A stretch of DNA of 62,444 nucleotides, taken from positions 1-62,444 of IMG/VR virus record IMGVR_UViG_3300042503_001282; one strand, given 5' to 3'. Within the stretch, counting starts at the first letter, position 1. Each line of letters begins with the position of its first letter. This document shows, in pieces, positions 36,263-45,678 of this stretch. The stretch comes from a virus. Lineage: Duplodnaviria; Caudoviricetes. The notes beneath the pieces were generated by a model that was not told where the DNA came from, made no database searches, and worked only from the letters and a program-made list of their open reading frames with translations. A program made the translations under genes and the position numbers.

Positions 36263-38875
36263 ATGGCTTACATAGGTAACGCTAAAACACCACTACTGCT
36301 CGCATCAAATGTCAGAGACGACCTTGTTCCTGGTGACATTGTAGACGGCTTATGCACAAAGACAACTTTTGATTTGTCGCAAGAAGTGCCTGGTGGTGAA
36401 GAGTCTAACGTAACCGTTGTTCGAAGAAAGTTTTTAACCGACATACTCATAGAAAACAGCAACCTGGTTGCTATCTCAGGCAACACAATCACTATCGACG
36501 ACAGCTCACTTGCAGCAGCACTCAGCATCGTTCAACCACAAAATGCTAACTACGAAGGTGATTACATCAAGACTGTTGCAAATGGTGTAACAAGAACTTT
36601 ATTGGTCTCGGCACTAACATACACCGGAACCACAATACAGATCACAACAAACAGAGATATTGGTCTTGAGATCGAAGAGGGTGATACTCAAGTCACTCTA
36701 CATCGCCAATACTACGGTGCGTGGGAAATTCTTGATCCAAAGACAGACTACAGAATTTCTGGCGAATTTGGCACACCATCATACAACAAGAAGATTGTAA
36801 TTGATCAAGCGCCACAAATTGATGACATCATCTACGTTCTTCATAAAGGTGATGCTACGTATAACTTTGTTCCGTCACCATATTCGGTTGGTGTTGAACA
36901 GCTCAGTAACAATCTCAAAAATTTCAGATGTGATCGATTCACTGGTGATGGAACAACCACCACATTCAGCGTCAGTCAGAGTGTTGTAACCGAACGTGCG
37001 CTATTGGTTACTGTCGATGGTGTTGTTGCGGAGAGTGATGATCTTCAGTTGTCTGGAGACGAACCAGGGACAACATTCGTCGGAGACTGGAAGCTCATCG
37101 ATGGCGAAGACAACACCCAAAGTATAGAATTTCATGAAGCACCAGTAAGTGGAGCAAAAATTCGTATTCTTCACTTAGGCTTCACGGCTGGCTTGAGACG
37201 TGCTATTTTTGCACCAGGTCAAGAGCCGGTTACGATACAGTATCGTTCAGTTCTTGAAGAGAAGCTTGCGGATGCTTCTGTGTCTACTCGCACCATAATC
37301 AACGGCGCAGTAACAACACCAAAGATTCATGATTCTTCAGTAACTGCTCAGAAGATTTTATTGAACGCAACTCAGAATGATGGATTGAGAGTTTCATATC
37401 CAGATGGAATCAAGTCAATCATCGGCGTCACCAACCAAAACACAACACAAGTACACACAAAAACTGAACTGACGGTAACAACCGATTCGCAAGAGTTATT
37501 GCGAGTTGCTTCTACAGAAGTATTACCTGGTGTTACAGATGCTACATCTTTAGGCAGCACAACCAAGAAGTTCTCAAACCTTCACTTGTCTGGCGCAGCT
37601 AATGTTGGCACATCACTCTCTGTAGCTCAAGGTGCAACAATCACAGGGTCTACAAACATCACTGGCGCAACCAACATCACAGGCGACACGAACATCACTG
37701 GCATCGTTACCATAACGAATCAAACTGCTCAACCATCATTAAATGTTGTTGGTGACATATCGGTTACGGGTACTGTAGACAGCGTAGATGTGTCAGCACT
37801 TCGAGATGCTGTGATTGCACTTCAACAGAAAGTAAGCTCGTTGATTCCAGTTGGAACGATCATGTCATCGAGCAGAACTACTCCACATACAGCAGATGGA
37901 GTTTGGCTTGTCTGTGATGGTTCTGAGTTGAATGTATCAGACTATCAAGATTTGTTCGATGCTATTCAGTATAGCTTCGGTGGCTCAGGTACAAAATTCA
38001 ACTTACCCGACCTCAGAAGACGTGCAGTTGTGGGTAAAGCAACCGCAGATACACTCGGTGCAAATGAGGGGTCTGCTGTCGAAGGTCGTTTGTTGACACA
38101 TAAGCATACGGGTGCTCCACATACCCATGATCTTAGAAATCATACACACTCGATACCAGCACACAAACACTCAATAACCGGAACATCAACACTACAAATT
38201 TCTACACTTTCTGGTGAACATACAACATCATTAAAACACAAGCATGGAAATGATGGAGTTTTATTTACAGAATCTCCAATTCAGTTGAATAGCGAACTTG
38301 CAGCAACCCTCACACACAAACATACCTACTCACACTCACACGGAAGTGAAGCTCAACCATTGTCTACCATGCAGACAAGAACACTTGATCATACACACAC
38401 CCACTCACATACATTTCCATATACAAGTATTCAGAGAATATTTCGTGGTGCATATAGCGACAGCACATACTACGCATTTACTAGCACATCGAACTATAAC
38501 CTACCGGCAAGTGGAACTGGCGTAGATTTAACCCCATCGGGTACAAATCCAATGACACATAATCATGGGTTCTGGATCGACTCAACATCAAACACAACCG
38601 ATGGTGTTGCAGCACAAGACAATTCTCTCTCACATAGACACAAAATCACTATCGCAGAATTTAATGGGAGCAGTTCAGGTGGACTACATACCCACGGACC
38701 TTCAACATTCAGTGGCTCTGTTGGTGATGATGCTGCATTAGATGGTAATTCGTCTCTGACCTCTGGCACACCATCAAATAACAACACCGGCTCTGCTACA
38801 TTCACTGACGACACCGGCGATACTACAACACCACACATACTACTCAACTTTATAATCAAAGCAAAGAATAGCTAA
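36263..38875 (+). CDS. tail fibre with collar domain and HxH-rich needle
   Basis: MAYIGN; IPVGTI...WLVCDGS...FNLPDLR collar; many HxH motifs; C-terminus PHILLNFIIK. Confidence 0.88.
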   Translation: MAYIGNAKTPLLLASNVRDDLVPGDIVDGLCTKTTFDLSQEVPGGEESNVTVVRRKFLTDILIENSNLVAISGNTITIDDSSLAAALSIVQPQNANYEGDYIKTVANGVTRTLLVSALTYTGTTIQITTNRDIGLEIEEGDTQVTLHRQYYGAWEILDPKTDYRISGEFGTPSYNKKIVIDQAPQIDDIIYVLHKGDATYNFVPSPYSVGVEQLSNNLKNFRCDRFTGDGTTTTFSVSQSVVTERALLVTVDGVVAESDDLQLSGDEPGTTFVGDWKLIDGEDNTQSIEFHEAPVSGAKIRILHLGFTAGLRRAIFAPGQEPVTIQYRSVLEEKLADASVSTRTIINGAVTTPKIHDSSVTAQKILLNATQNDGLRVSYPDGIKSIIGVTNQNTTQVHTKTELTVTTDSQELLRVASTEVLPGVTDATSLGSTTKKFSNLHLSGAANVGTSLSVAQGATITGSTNITGATNITGDTNITGIVTITNQTAQPSLNVVGDISVTGTVDSVDVSALRDAVIALQQKVSSLIPVGTIMSSSRTTPHTADGVWLVCDGSELNVSDYQDLFDAIQYSFGGSGTKFNLPDLRRRAVVGKATADTLGANEGSAVEGRLLTHKHTGAPHTHDLRNHTHSIPAHKHSITGTSTLQISTLSGEHTTSLKHKHGNDGVLFTESPIQLNSELAATLTHKHTYSHSHGSEAQPLSTMQTRTLDHTHTHSHTFPYTSIQRIFRGAYSDSTYYAFTSTSNYNLPASGTGVDLTPSGTNPMTHNHGFWIDSTSNTTDGVAAQDNSLSHRHKITIAEFNGSSSGGLHTHGPSTFSGSVGDDAALDGNSSLTSGTPSNNNTGSATFTDDTGDTTTPHILLNFIIKAKNS

Positions 38876-38876
38876 T

Positions 38877-41198
38877 ATGGGCAAGTACATTGGTAACGAC
38901 ATATCATATGGATTGTTTGAGAAGCAGATTTTGCCTGTTCCTAATCCACCAATCGATGAGTATTACCTCAATCACTTGGTGTCATCTGCAACTTCTATTC
39001 AAGTGGTATGTGAACGTGCTGTACTCGAACCCAATGTTGATTACACAGTTCGAACAGAGAATGGACGGTCGATACTGAAACTGAATAATATCGACTTGTC
39101 AAATCCAGGTGATGACAATCGGGTTTCTCTATATGTTGTTTTCTTGGGTCAAAAGTTGTTGACCCCTGGAACTGGAAACCAAGATCCAGAATTGGTGTCT
39201 GCAATAGCAGCAAAAGCAGATCAGTCATATGTTGACAGTAGAATTAATAATTTGGTGTCCAATGCCACGCCAGCTCTCGATACTCTAAATGAGCTTCGTG
39301 ACGCACTGGGTAATGATAAGGACTTTGCTGTAACAGTTGCCACAAATCTTGGTCAACTCTCGTCTAGCATCTCGACCCTATCACAAACAGTGAGTGATAA
39401 TTTTGATCAAACATCATCTGACATCACTGACCTAACAAACTCTATACAGACAGTAGAAACTGATCTTGCCGCTGAAGTTTCTCGTGCACAAACAGCAGAA
39501 CAAGCAAACGTAGATCAAATTGAAGCAGAGACAGTTCGAGCAACAAACGCAGAGGGTGCTATTTCAGCATCATTGACTGCTGAGACACAAGCTCGCATAG
39601 ACGCTGATGTGACGTTACAGAACAATATTGATTCTGTGAGTTCTAGTCTCTCTACCGTAGCAACAAGTGGTTCGTATAACGATCTTACCGATAAGCCAAC
39701 AATACCTAGCTTGTCTGGATATGCAACCGAATCGTATGTAGACACGCAAGTAAGTAATGAAGCATCAGCCAGACAAACTGGCGACACCACTCTTCAAGCA
39801 AATTTGGATGCTATAGAATCTACACTGTCGTCTGCTATCGACGCAGAAGAATCTGCTCGCATTTCTTCTGATGACACTCTGTCTACTCGAATAGACGCTC
39901 TTGAACAAAATGCATCAATCACATCACTAACAGAATTGTCTGATGTGTCTTTATCAGCAACGCCACAAACCGGAGACTTATTATCATATACAGGAACTGG
40001 TTGGACAAACACCACACAAACGCTTGCTACTGTTGCTACTACTGGCTCATACAACGACCTTTTGAATAAACCCACGTTGAATGTGCTACCTAGTGGGTCG
40101 GTTTCTTCTCCATCATTATACTTTTTTGGCGACACAAACACAGGTCTCTACCGAAAGGGTGAAGACAAGATGGGATTTGTTGCGAATGGACAACCGGCAC
40201 TTTCCATCGACGGCACTTCGGGTGTTGGTCGATTGGTGGTCGGTGACATTTCTTCTGTTGTGTCACGCTTGCAGATAGCAGACGACAACAACAACGCAGC
40301 ATCGGGCATTACCTTGGGTTCGAATGCTTCAACCTACGTTCAAATATACAAGTCTGCAAGCAATTCACTATGTATTTCCGCAAATTCTGTCGGCATTGGA
40401 ACGTCATCACCAACCGCAACCCTACATGTAAACGGCACTTCATACTATGCAGGCGATGTTACGGTTGCTAGTTCAATAATTAGTGCCGTAAGTGCCGAAA
40501 TTGGCGGTGCACTTAAACTTCAAAATAGCTCAAAGACTGGTTCTGCCTGTTACCTTTGGGCACTATACAACATGGCGAACGGAGCGAGTTCGTATGGAAA
40601 CGAACTTCAGTTGTGGAGATACCCCACATCTGGAGGTGCTTTACAAACAACTCGATTCACAGATTCTGGCGATTTAATTCAAAATGGTGTGATAACTGCA
40701 ATTTCTAATATGACAACCCTCGGTGACATAAACATCTCCGGCATGGTTGTTGATGCGACTGGTGTAGACGTGGGAATCACGGGCGCTTCGAGTGGTGTTG
40801 GTGTTAATTGGTTATGTAAGCTTTCATCATCTCTCAGATATAAGACTAATGTTGAGACCATTTTACCAGAATATTCAAACAAGGTACTTGACCTTAGACC
40901 AGTATGGTACAGAGCAAACACAGAAACGACAGTTGGTCGTGGTGATTGGTCTTGGTTTGGTCTAATAGCAGAAGAAGTTGCTGAGATAGAACCACGTCTT
41001 GTAAATTTTGAATATGCACCAGAAGACATCAATTCAGATACTCACATGCCAAACGAGGGAGCTCAGCCACGAGCAGAGAGCGTTTCGTATAGCAGACTCT
41101 CTGTGTTACTGATCGATGTGGTAAAACGACAGAAGCAAGAGATAGCAGACCTTGAAGAGCGTTTAGCAATTCTTGAAGCTTTGGTTCTATCTAAGTAG
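38877..41198 (+). CDS. tail fibre with C-terminal intramolecular chaperone (peptidase S74)
   Basis: MGKYIGN; LDTLNELRDALG; SSSLRYKTNV...GLIAEEV...YSRL plus coiled coil. Confidence 0.85.
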   Translation: MGKYIGNDISYGLFEKQILPVPNPPIDEYYLNHLVSSATSIQVVCERAVLEPNVDYTVRTENGRSILKLNNIDLSNPGDDNRVSLYVVFLGQKLLTPGTGNQDPELVSAIAAKADQSYVDSRINNLVSNATPALDTLNELRDALGNDKDFAVTVATNLGQLSSSISTLSQTVSDNFDQTSSDITDLTNSIQTVETDLAAEVSRAQTAEQANVDQIEAETVRATNAEGAISASLTAETQARIDADVTLQNNIDSVSSSLSTVATSGSYNDLTDKPTIPSLSGYATESYVDTQVSNEASARQTGDTTLQANLDAIESTLSSAIDAEESARISSDDTLSTRIDALEQNASITSLTELSDVSLSATPQTGDLLSYTGTGWTNTTQTLATVATTGSYNDLLNKPTLNVLPSGSVSSPSLYFFGDTNTGLYRKGEDKMGFVANGQPALSIDGTSGVGRLVVGDISSVVSRLQIADDNNNAASGITLGSNASTYVQIYKSASNSLCISANSVGIGTSSPTATLHVNGTSYYAGDVTVASSIISAVSAEIGGALKLQNSSKTGSACYLWALYNMANGASSYGNELQLWRYPTSGGALQTTRFTDSGDLIQNGVITAISNMTTLGDINISGMVVDATGVDVGITGASSGVGVNWLCKLSSSLRYKTNVETILPEYSNKVLDLRPVWYRANTETTVGRGDWSWFGLIAEEVAEIEPRLVNFEYAPEDINSDTHMPNEGAQPRAESVSYSRLSVLLIDVVKRQKQEIADLEERLAILEALVLSK

Positions 41199-41282
41199 AA
41201 ACAATAACCACAAGAAACGATTGTGGTTTCCAAAAAAAGTTGATGTTTCCAAAAATAATTGTGGAAACTCAGGGTGTCCGTG

Positions 41283-41444
41283 TATAAATAACATGTAACT
41301 TACTATTCTTACTACATCATTCACATACACTTGAGTCATTATTCTTTCAGGACGTTCACAAAGTCCTATTGTCTGTCATGTAGCTGATTGACTGCGACTC
41401 ATTATTCTTTACTCTAAAACCATAATTCTTTAAGGAATATACAA
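41283..41444 (+). promoter_or_regulatory. late promoter with ~150-nt structured 5' leader
   Basis: TATAAATA 41283-41290; stems GAGTC/GACTC, AGGAC/GTCCT, GTCA/TGAC; repeated ATT(A)TTCTT motif. Confidence 0.6.
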
Positions 41445-44015
41445 ATGGCTATAACCAAAATTCGTGGTAATACACAAATTAAGGGTGGGTCGATTACTAA
41501 TGTTGAGATTGCTGCTGATGCTGCGATTGAACTTAGTAAGTTAGCGCAAGGCGCTGAACTCATTCTCCGCGACGGTTCCGTTGCATTCACAGGTAACATT
41601 GACGCTGGTTCTAACAAAGTCGTAAACGTAGCTACACCTACTGCATCTGGCGATGCTGCTAATAAAGCATACGTTGATGCTGAGGTTGCTGCGGTTGCTG
41701 ATCAGGTTGTAAACGACCTTGATCCACGACTTGACGCAATCGAAGGACGCATGACAACTGCTGAGGGAGACATTGATTCTCTCGAAGTTCGTATGTCGTC
41801 GGCAGAAGGGGACATTGACTCTCTTGAGTCTGGTCTCGCTGCTGAAATTGCTCGTGCTGGCGCTGCTGAGGCTGAGCTTGCATCAGACCTCGCTGCTGAA
41901 GAAGTTGCTCGTGCTGCTGCTGACACAACACTTCAAGGTAACATCGATGCTGTAGCATCTGATCTTGCTGACGAAACTGCTCGTGCTGAAGCTGCTGAAG
42001 GTGCACTTGATTCTCGTTTAACAACTGCTGAAGGTGACATCACTGCTCTTGAAGCTGCTGACGTTGTTCTTGATGGTCGTGTAACCGACCTTGAGAATGG
42101 TCTTGCTGCTGAGACACTTGCTCGCCAGAATGCAGATTCTGCTTTAGATTCTCGTCTCACAACCGCAGAGGGTGACATTGTTGCTCTTGAAGGTCGTATG
42201 GACACTGCTGAAGGCGACATTAACACACTTGAGTCTGATCTTGCTGCTGAAGTTGCTCGTGCAACTGGAGCTGAGGCTGGATTGGCTTCTGACATCTCTG
42301 ATGAAGAGACTCGTGCTATGGCTGCTGAGGCTGCTATCCAAGCTGAAGTTGATGCTGAAGAGGTAGCTCGTGCTGCTGCTGACGCTGCACTTCAAGCTGA
42401 AGTAGATGCTGTTGAAGCTGATCTTGCACAAGAAGTACTTGATCGTGCTGCTGATGTAACCGCCGAGGAAACTCGTGCTATGGCTGCTGAAGCTGCTATT
42501 CAAGCAGAAGTTGATGCTGAAGAAGTTGCAAGAGCTGCGGCTGATGTAACTCTCCAAGGTAACATCGATGCTGAAGAGTCTCGTGCTATGGCTGCTGAGT
42601 CTGCACTTCAAGGTGAGGTTGACGCTGTTGAAGCTGATCTCGCACAAGAAGTTCTTGACAGAGCTGCTGACGTAGATGCTGAAGAGACTCGTGCTATGGC
42701 TGCTGAAGCTGACTTGGCTGCTGATATTGCTGCTGAAGAGTCTGCTCGTATCAGTGCTGTTGCTGGTGTACAAGCTGAAGTTGATGCTGAAGAAGCTGCT
42801 CGTGCTGCTGCTGACCTTGTTCTTCAAGGCAACATCGATGCTGTAGAAGCTGATTACATCGCTGCTGATGCTGTTGTACTTGCAAGTGCTAATAGCTACA
42901 CCGATGCTGAGATTGCTGCTCTCGTAAACAGTGCTCCTGCTGTACTTGATACTCTCAAGGAACTCAGTGATGCTCTTGCTGGAGATGCAAACTTTGCAAC
43001 TACTGTAGCCGGACAGATCGGCGCAGTTCAAGCTGAAGTTGATGCCGAAGAGGTAGCTCGTGCTGCTGCTGACGCTGCACTTCAAGCCGAAATTGACGCA
43101 GAAGAAGTTGCTCGTGCTGCTGCTGATGTGACCCTTCAAGGAAACATCGACGCAGAAGAGACTCGTGCTATGGGTGCAGAAGCTGCCCTTCAGTCCGAGA
43201 TCGATGCTGAAGAAGCTGCTCGTGCTGCTGCTGATATTACCCTTCAAGGTAACATCGATGCAGAAGAGTCTCGTGCTATGGCTGCTGAGGCTGCTCTTTC
43301 GTCCGATATTTCAGACGAAGAGACTGCACGTATAGCTGGCGATGCTGCACTTCAAGGTGAGGTTGACGCTGTTGAAGCTGATCTCGCTCAAGAAGTTCTT
43401 GATCGTGCTGCTGACGTTGATGCAGAAGAAGTAAGAGCTATGGCTGCTGAAGCTGCTCTTCAAGCTGAGATCGATGCAGAAGAAGTTGCTCGTGCTGCTG
43501 GCGATGCTTCGCTCGCATCAGATTTGTCTGATGAAGAGACTGCACGTATAGCTGCTGACGCTGCACTTCAAGCTGAAATTGATGCTGAAGAAGTTGCTAG
43601 AGCTGCCGCTGATACCGCACTTCAGGGTGAGGTTGATGCTGTAGAAGGTCGTATGACAACTGCTGAGGGTGACATTGACGCTCTCGAAGGTCGTATGGAC
43701 ACTGCCGAGTCAGACATTGGTGCACTTGAAGGACGTATGGACACAGCAGAGGCAGATATTGCCGCTCTTGAGTCTACAGTTCTTTATGTATCAAATGTTG
43801 TAACTCGTGAAGCTCCAACTGGAACAATCAACGGTTCGAATGCTGAGTTCAGTCTTGCATACACTCCTGTGATGAACAGCGAGCACGTATACTTGAATGG
43901 TCTCTTGCAAGAGCCTGGGGTTGGAAACGATTACTCTATCTCTGGTGGAACTATCACGTTCGCTGTAGCACCAGTGAGTGGAGATCGTATTCGTGTTAGC
44001 TACATGAAAGCTTAA
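41445..44015 (+). CDS. long Ala/Glu-rich coiled-coil fibre (fibritin/whisker-like)
   Basis: heptad and 18-aa repeats (LQAEIDAEEVARAAADxx); C-terminal RExPxG..NG Ig-like domain; lies in the T4 wac region before gp13. Confidence 0.8.
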   Translation: MAITKIRGNTQIKGGSITNVEIAADAAIELSKLAQGAELILRDGSVAFTGNIDAGSNKVVNVATPTASGDAANKAYVDAEVAAVADQVVNDLDPRLDAIEGRMTTAEGDIDSLEVRMSSAEGDIDSLESGLAAEIARAGAAEAELASDLAAEEVARAAADTTLQGNIDAVASDLADETARAEAAEGALDSRLTTAEGDITALEAADVVLDGRVTDLENGLAAETLARQNADSALDSRLTTAEGDIVALEGRMDTAEGDINTLESDLAAEVARATGAEAGLASDISDEETRAMAAEAAIQAEVDAEEVARAAADAALQAEVDAVEADLAQEVLDRAADVTAEETRAMAAEAAIQAEVDAEEVARAAADVTLQGNIDAEESRAMAAESALQGEVDAVEADLAQEVLDRAADVDAEETRAMAAEADLAADIAAEESARISAVAGVQAEVDAEEAARAAADLVLQGNIDAVEADYIAADAVVLASANSYTDAEIAALVNSAPAVLDTLKELSDALAGDANFATTVAGQIGAVQAEVDAEEVARAAADAALQAEIDAEEVARAAADVTLQGNIDAEETRAMGAEAALQSEIDAEEAARAAADITLQGNIDAEESRAMAAEAALSSDISDEETARIAGDAALQGEVDAVEADLAQEVLDRAADVDAEEVRAMAAEAALQAEIDAEEVARAAGDASLASDLSDEETARIAADAALQAEIDAEEVARAAADTALQGEVDAVEGRMTTAEGDIDALEGRMDTAESDIGALEGRMDTAEADIAALESTVLYVSNVVTREAPTGTINGSNAEFSLAYTPVMNSEHVYLNGLLQEPGVGNDYSISGGTITFAVAPVSGDRIRVSYMKA

Positions 44016-44039
44016 CTTTAGCTAGTAGTTAATATAAAG

Positions 44040-44063
44040 GTGGTGCTCTGAAAGGGGCACCAC
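44040..44063 (+). terminator. stable hairpin after the coiled-coil fibre gene
   Basis: GTGGTGCTCT-GAAA-GGGGCACCAC; no U-tract. Confidence 0.5.
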
Positions 44064-44156
44064 CCCTCTATCTCCAAACGCACTATTTTGATGGAGATAT
44101 GACATAAGCTATTGCCATAGAAAATTACAAAGATTTTACTTAACGGAACAACGAAC

Positions 44157-45638
44157 ATGTCAACACAGATTCGTGGTAATAAACAAATTAAAAACATCAC
44201 CATTCAAAATGAGCAAATTGCGAATGGCACGATTGAACTCGATAAACTCAGAGAAGGGTCAGAACTCATTAAGAGAGATGGTTCGGTTGTAGCAACCGGA
44301 GATTTCGATTTTGGCTCCCATCAAATTAAAAACCTTGCTGCACCAACCGACGATAACGATGCGGTTCGTAAAGCAGACCTTGAAGCTGCAACATCTGGAA
44401 CTCTCGTTAATAGAGAGCAACCAACTGGTACACTTAACGGCTCAAACACCACATTTACACTTGCGAACACGCCAAATCTTGGTACCGAGCAAGTATTCTT
44501 GAACGGTGCTTTATTGAACTCTGGTGCTAACAGTGACTATGTTGTAGATGGTACAACTCTTACATTTACACTTCCACCACAGTCGGGTGATGTAATTCTT
44601 GTCAATTACATAACTGATGGAGTTGTTGTAAATGCTGATGTTACCAGCACACTTGCACAATTCAATTCACGTCTTACAACCGCAGAGGGTGAGCTTTTCA
44701 CTGCACAGGGTGATATTACAACACTCACAAGTGATGTATCTGGAATTAACTCTCGACTTACAACTGCTGAAGGTGACATTGTTGCCGTTGAAGGTGACGT
44801 TGCAACTCTTGAGTCAACTGTTAGTGCAGTTCAAGGTAGCATCTCATCTCTTCAATCAGATTTGTCTGATGAAGAAGCTGCTCGTATTGCTGCTGATGAT
44901 GCTCTCGATACAACTGTAGGTTCAATTCAAACATCAGTCACATCTATCGGCAACAGAATGACTACTGCTGAAGGTGACATCACTGCTCTCGAAGCTGCTG
45001 ATGCTGCGTTTGATATTCGTGCTGGTGTTATCGAAGATGGTCTTCAAGCAGAAACTAATGCAAGAACAAGTGCCGATAGTGCTCTCGGTTCTCGTGTTAC
45101 TGCTCTTGAGAATGCACCCGCACCTGTAACTTCATATAACGATCTCACAGATAAGCCTACATTGTTCAGTGGTTCATATAATGACCTCACTAACAAGCCA
45201 ACGCTCTTCAGTGGGTCGTATACAGATTTGACCAATACACCAAGTATTCCGGCTGATGTGTCAGATTTGACCGATACTACTGGTGCTTTGTTCAGTGGAG
45301 ACTATGCTGATCTTTCAAACAAACCCTCGCTCTTCAGTGGGTCGTACACAGACCTTACTAATAAGCCAACCTTGTTTAGTGGATCGTATAGTGATCTTAC
45401 CAACAAACCATCGATACCAACGCCAAAGAGAGAAATTCCCTCTGGTAGTGTCAATGGCTCTAACGCAGTATTCACGCTCTCAGAGACACCTTCTGTAGCA
45501 AACACCGAGCAAGTATTCTTGAACGGTCTCTTACAGATGGCTGGTGCTGAAGCCGATTATACCATCGCAGGTGGCACTATTACATTCAATACTGCTCCTG
45601 ATGCTGGGTGGAAACTTGTTGTTTACTACTTTGTTTAA
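44157..45638 (+). CDS. modular fibre protein
   Basis: N-terminus paralogous to 41445; two RExPxG domains; coiled coil; 14-aa LFSGSYxDLTNKPT repeats. Confidence 0.8.
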   Translation: MSTQIRGNKQIKNITIQNEQIANGTIELDKLREGSELIKRDGSVVATGDFDFGSHQIKNLAAPTDDNDAVRKADLEAATSGTLVNREQPTGTLNGSNTTFTLANTPNLGTEQVFLNGALLNSGANSDYVVDGTTLTFTLPPQSGDVILVNYITDGVVVNADVTSTLAQFNSRLTTAEGELFTAQGDITTLTSDVSGINSRLTTAEGDIVAVEGDVATLESTVSAVQGSISSLQSDLSDEEAARIAADDALDTTVGSIQTSVTSIGNRMTTAEGDITALEAADAAFDIRAGVIEDGLQAETNARTSADSALGSRVTALENAPAPVTSYNDLTDKPTLFSGSYNDLTNKPTLFSGSYTDLTNTPSIPADVSDLTDTTGALFSGDYADLSNKPSLFSGSYTDLTNKPTLFSGSYSDLTNKPSIPTPKREIPSGSVNGSNAVFTLSETPSVANTEQVFLNGLLQMAGAEADYTIAGGTITFNTAPDAGWKLVVYYFV

Positions 45639-45678
45639 TAAATATTTTAACTTATAGGTCAATTAAGGGATAACTATC

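Noticed and set aside
42144-43247. 367-aa minus-strand ORF (also 16586..17335 and 61638..62255)
   Set aside because: Antisense shadows of biased or repetitive + strand genes
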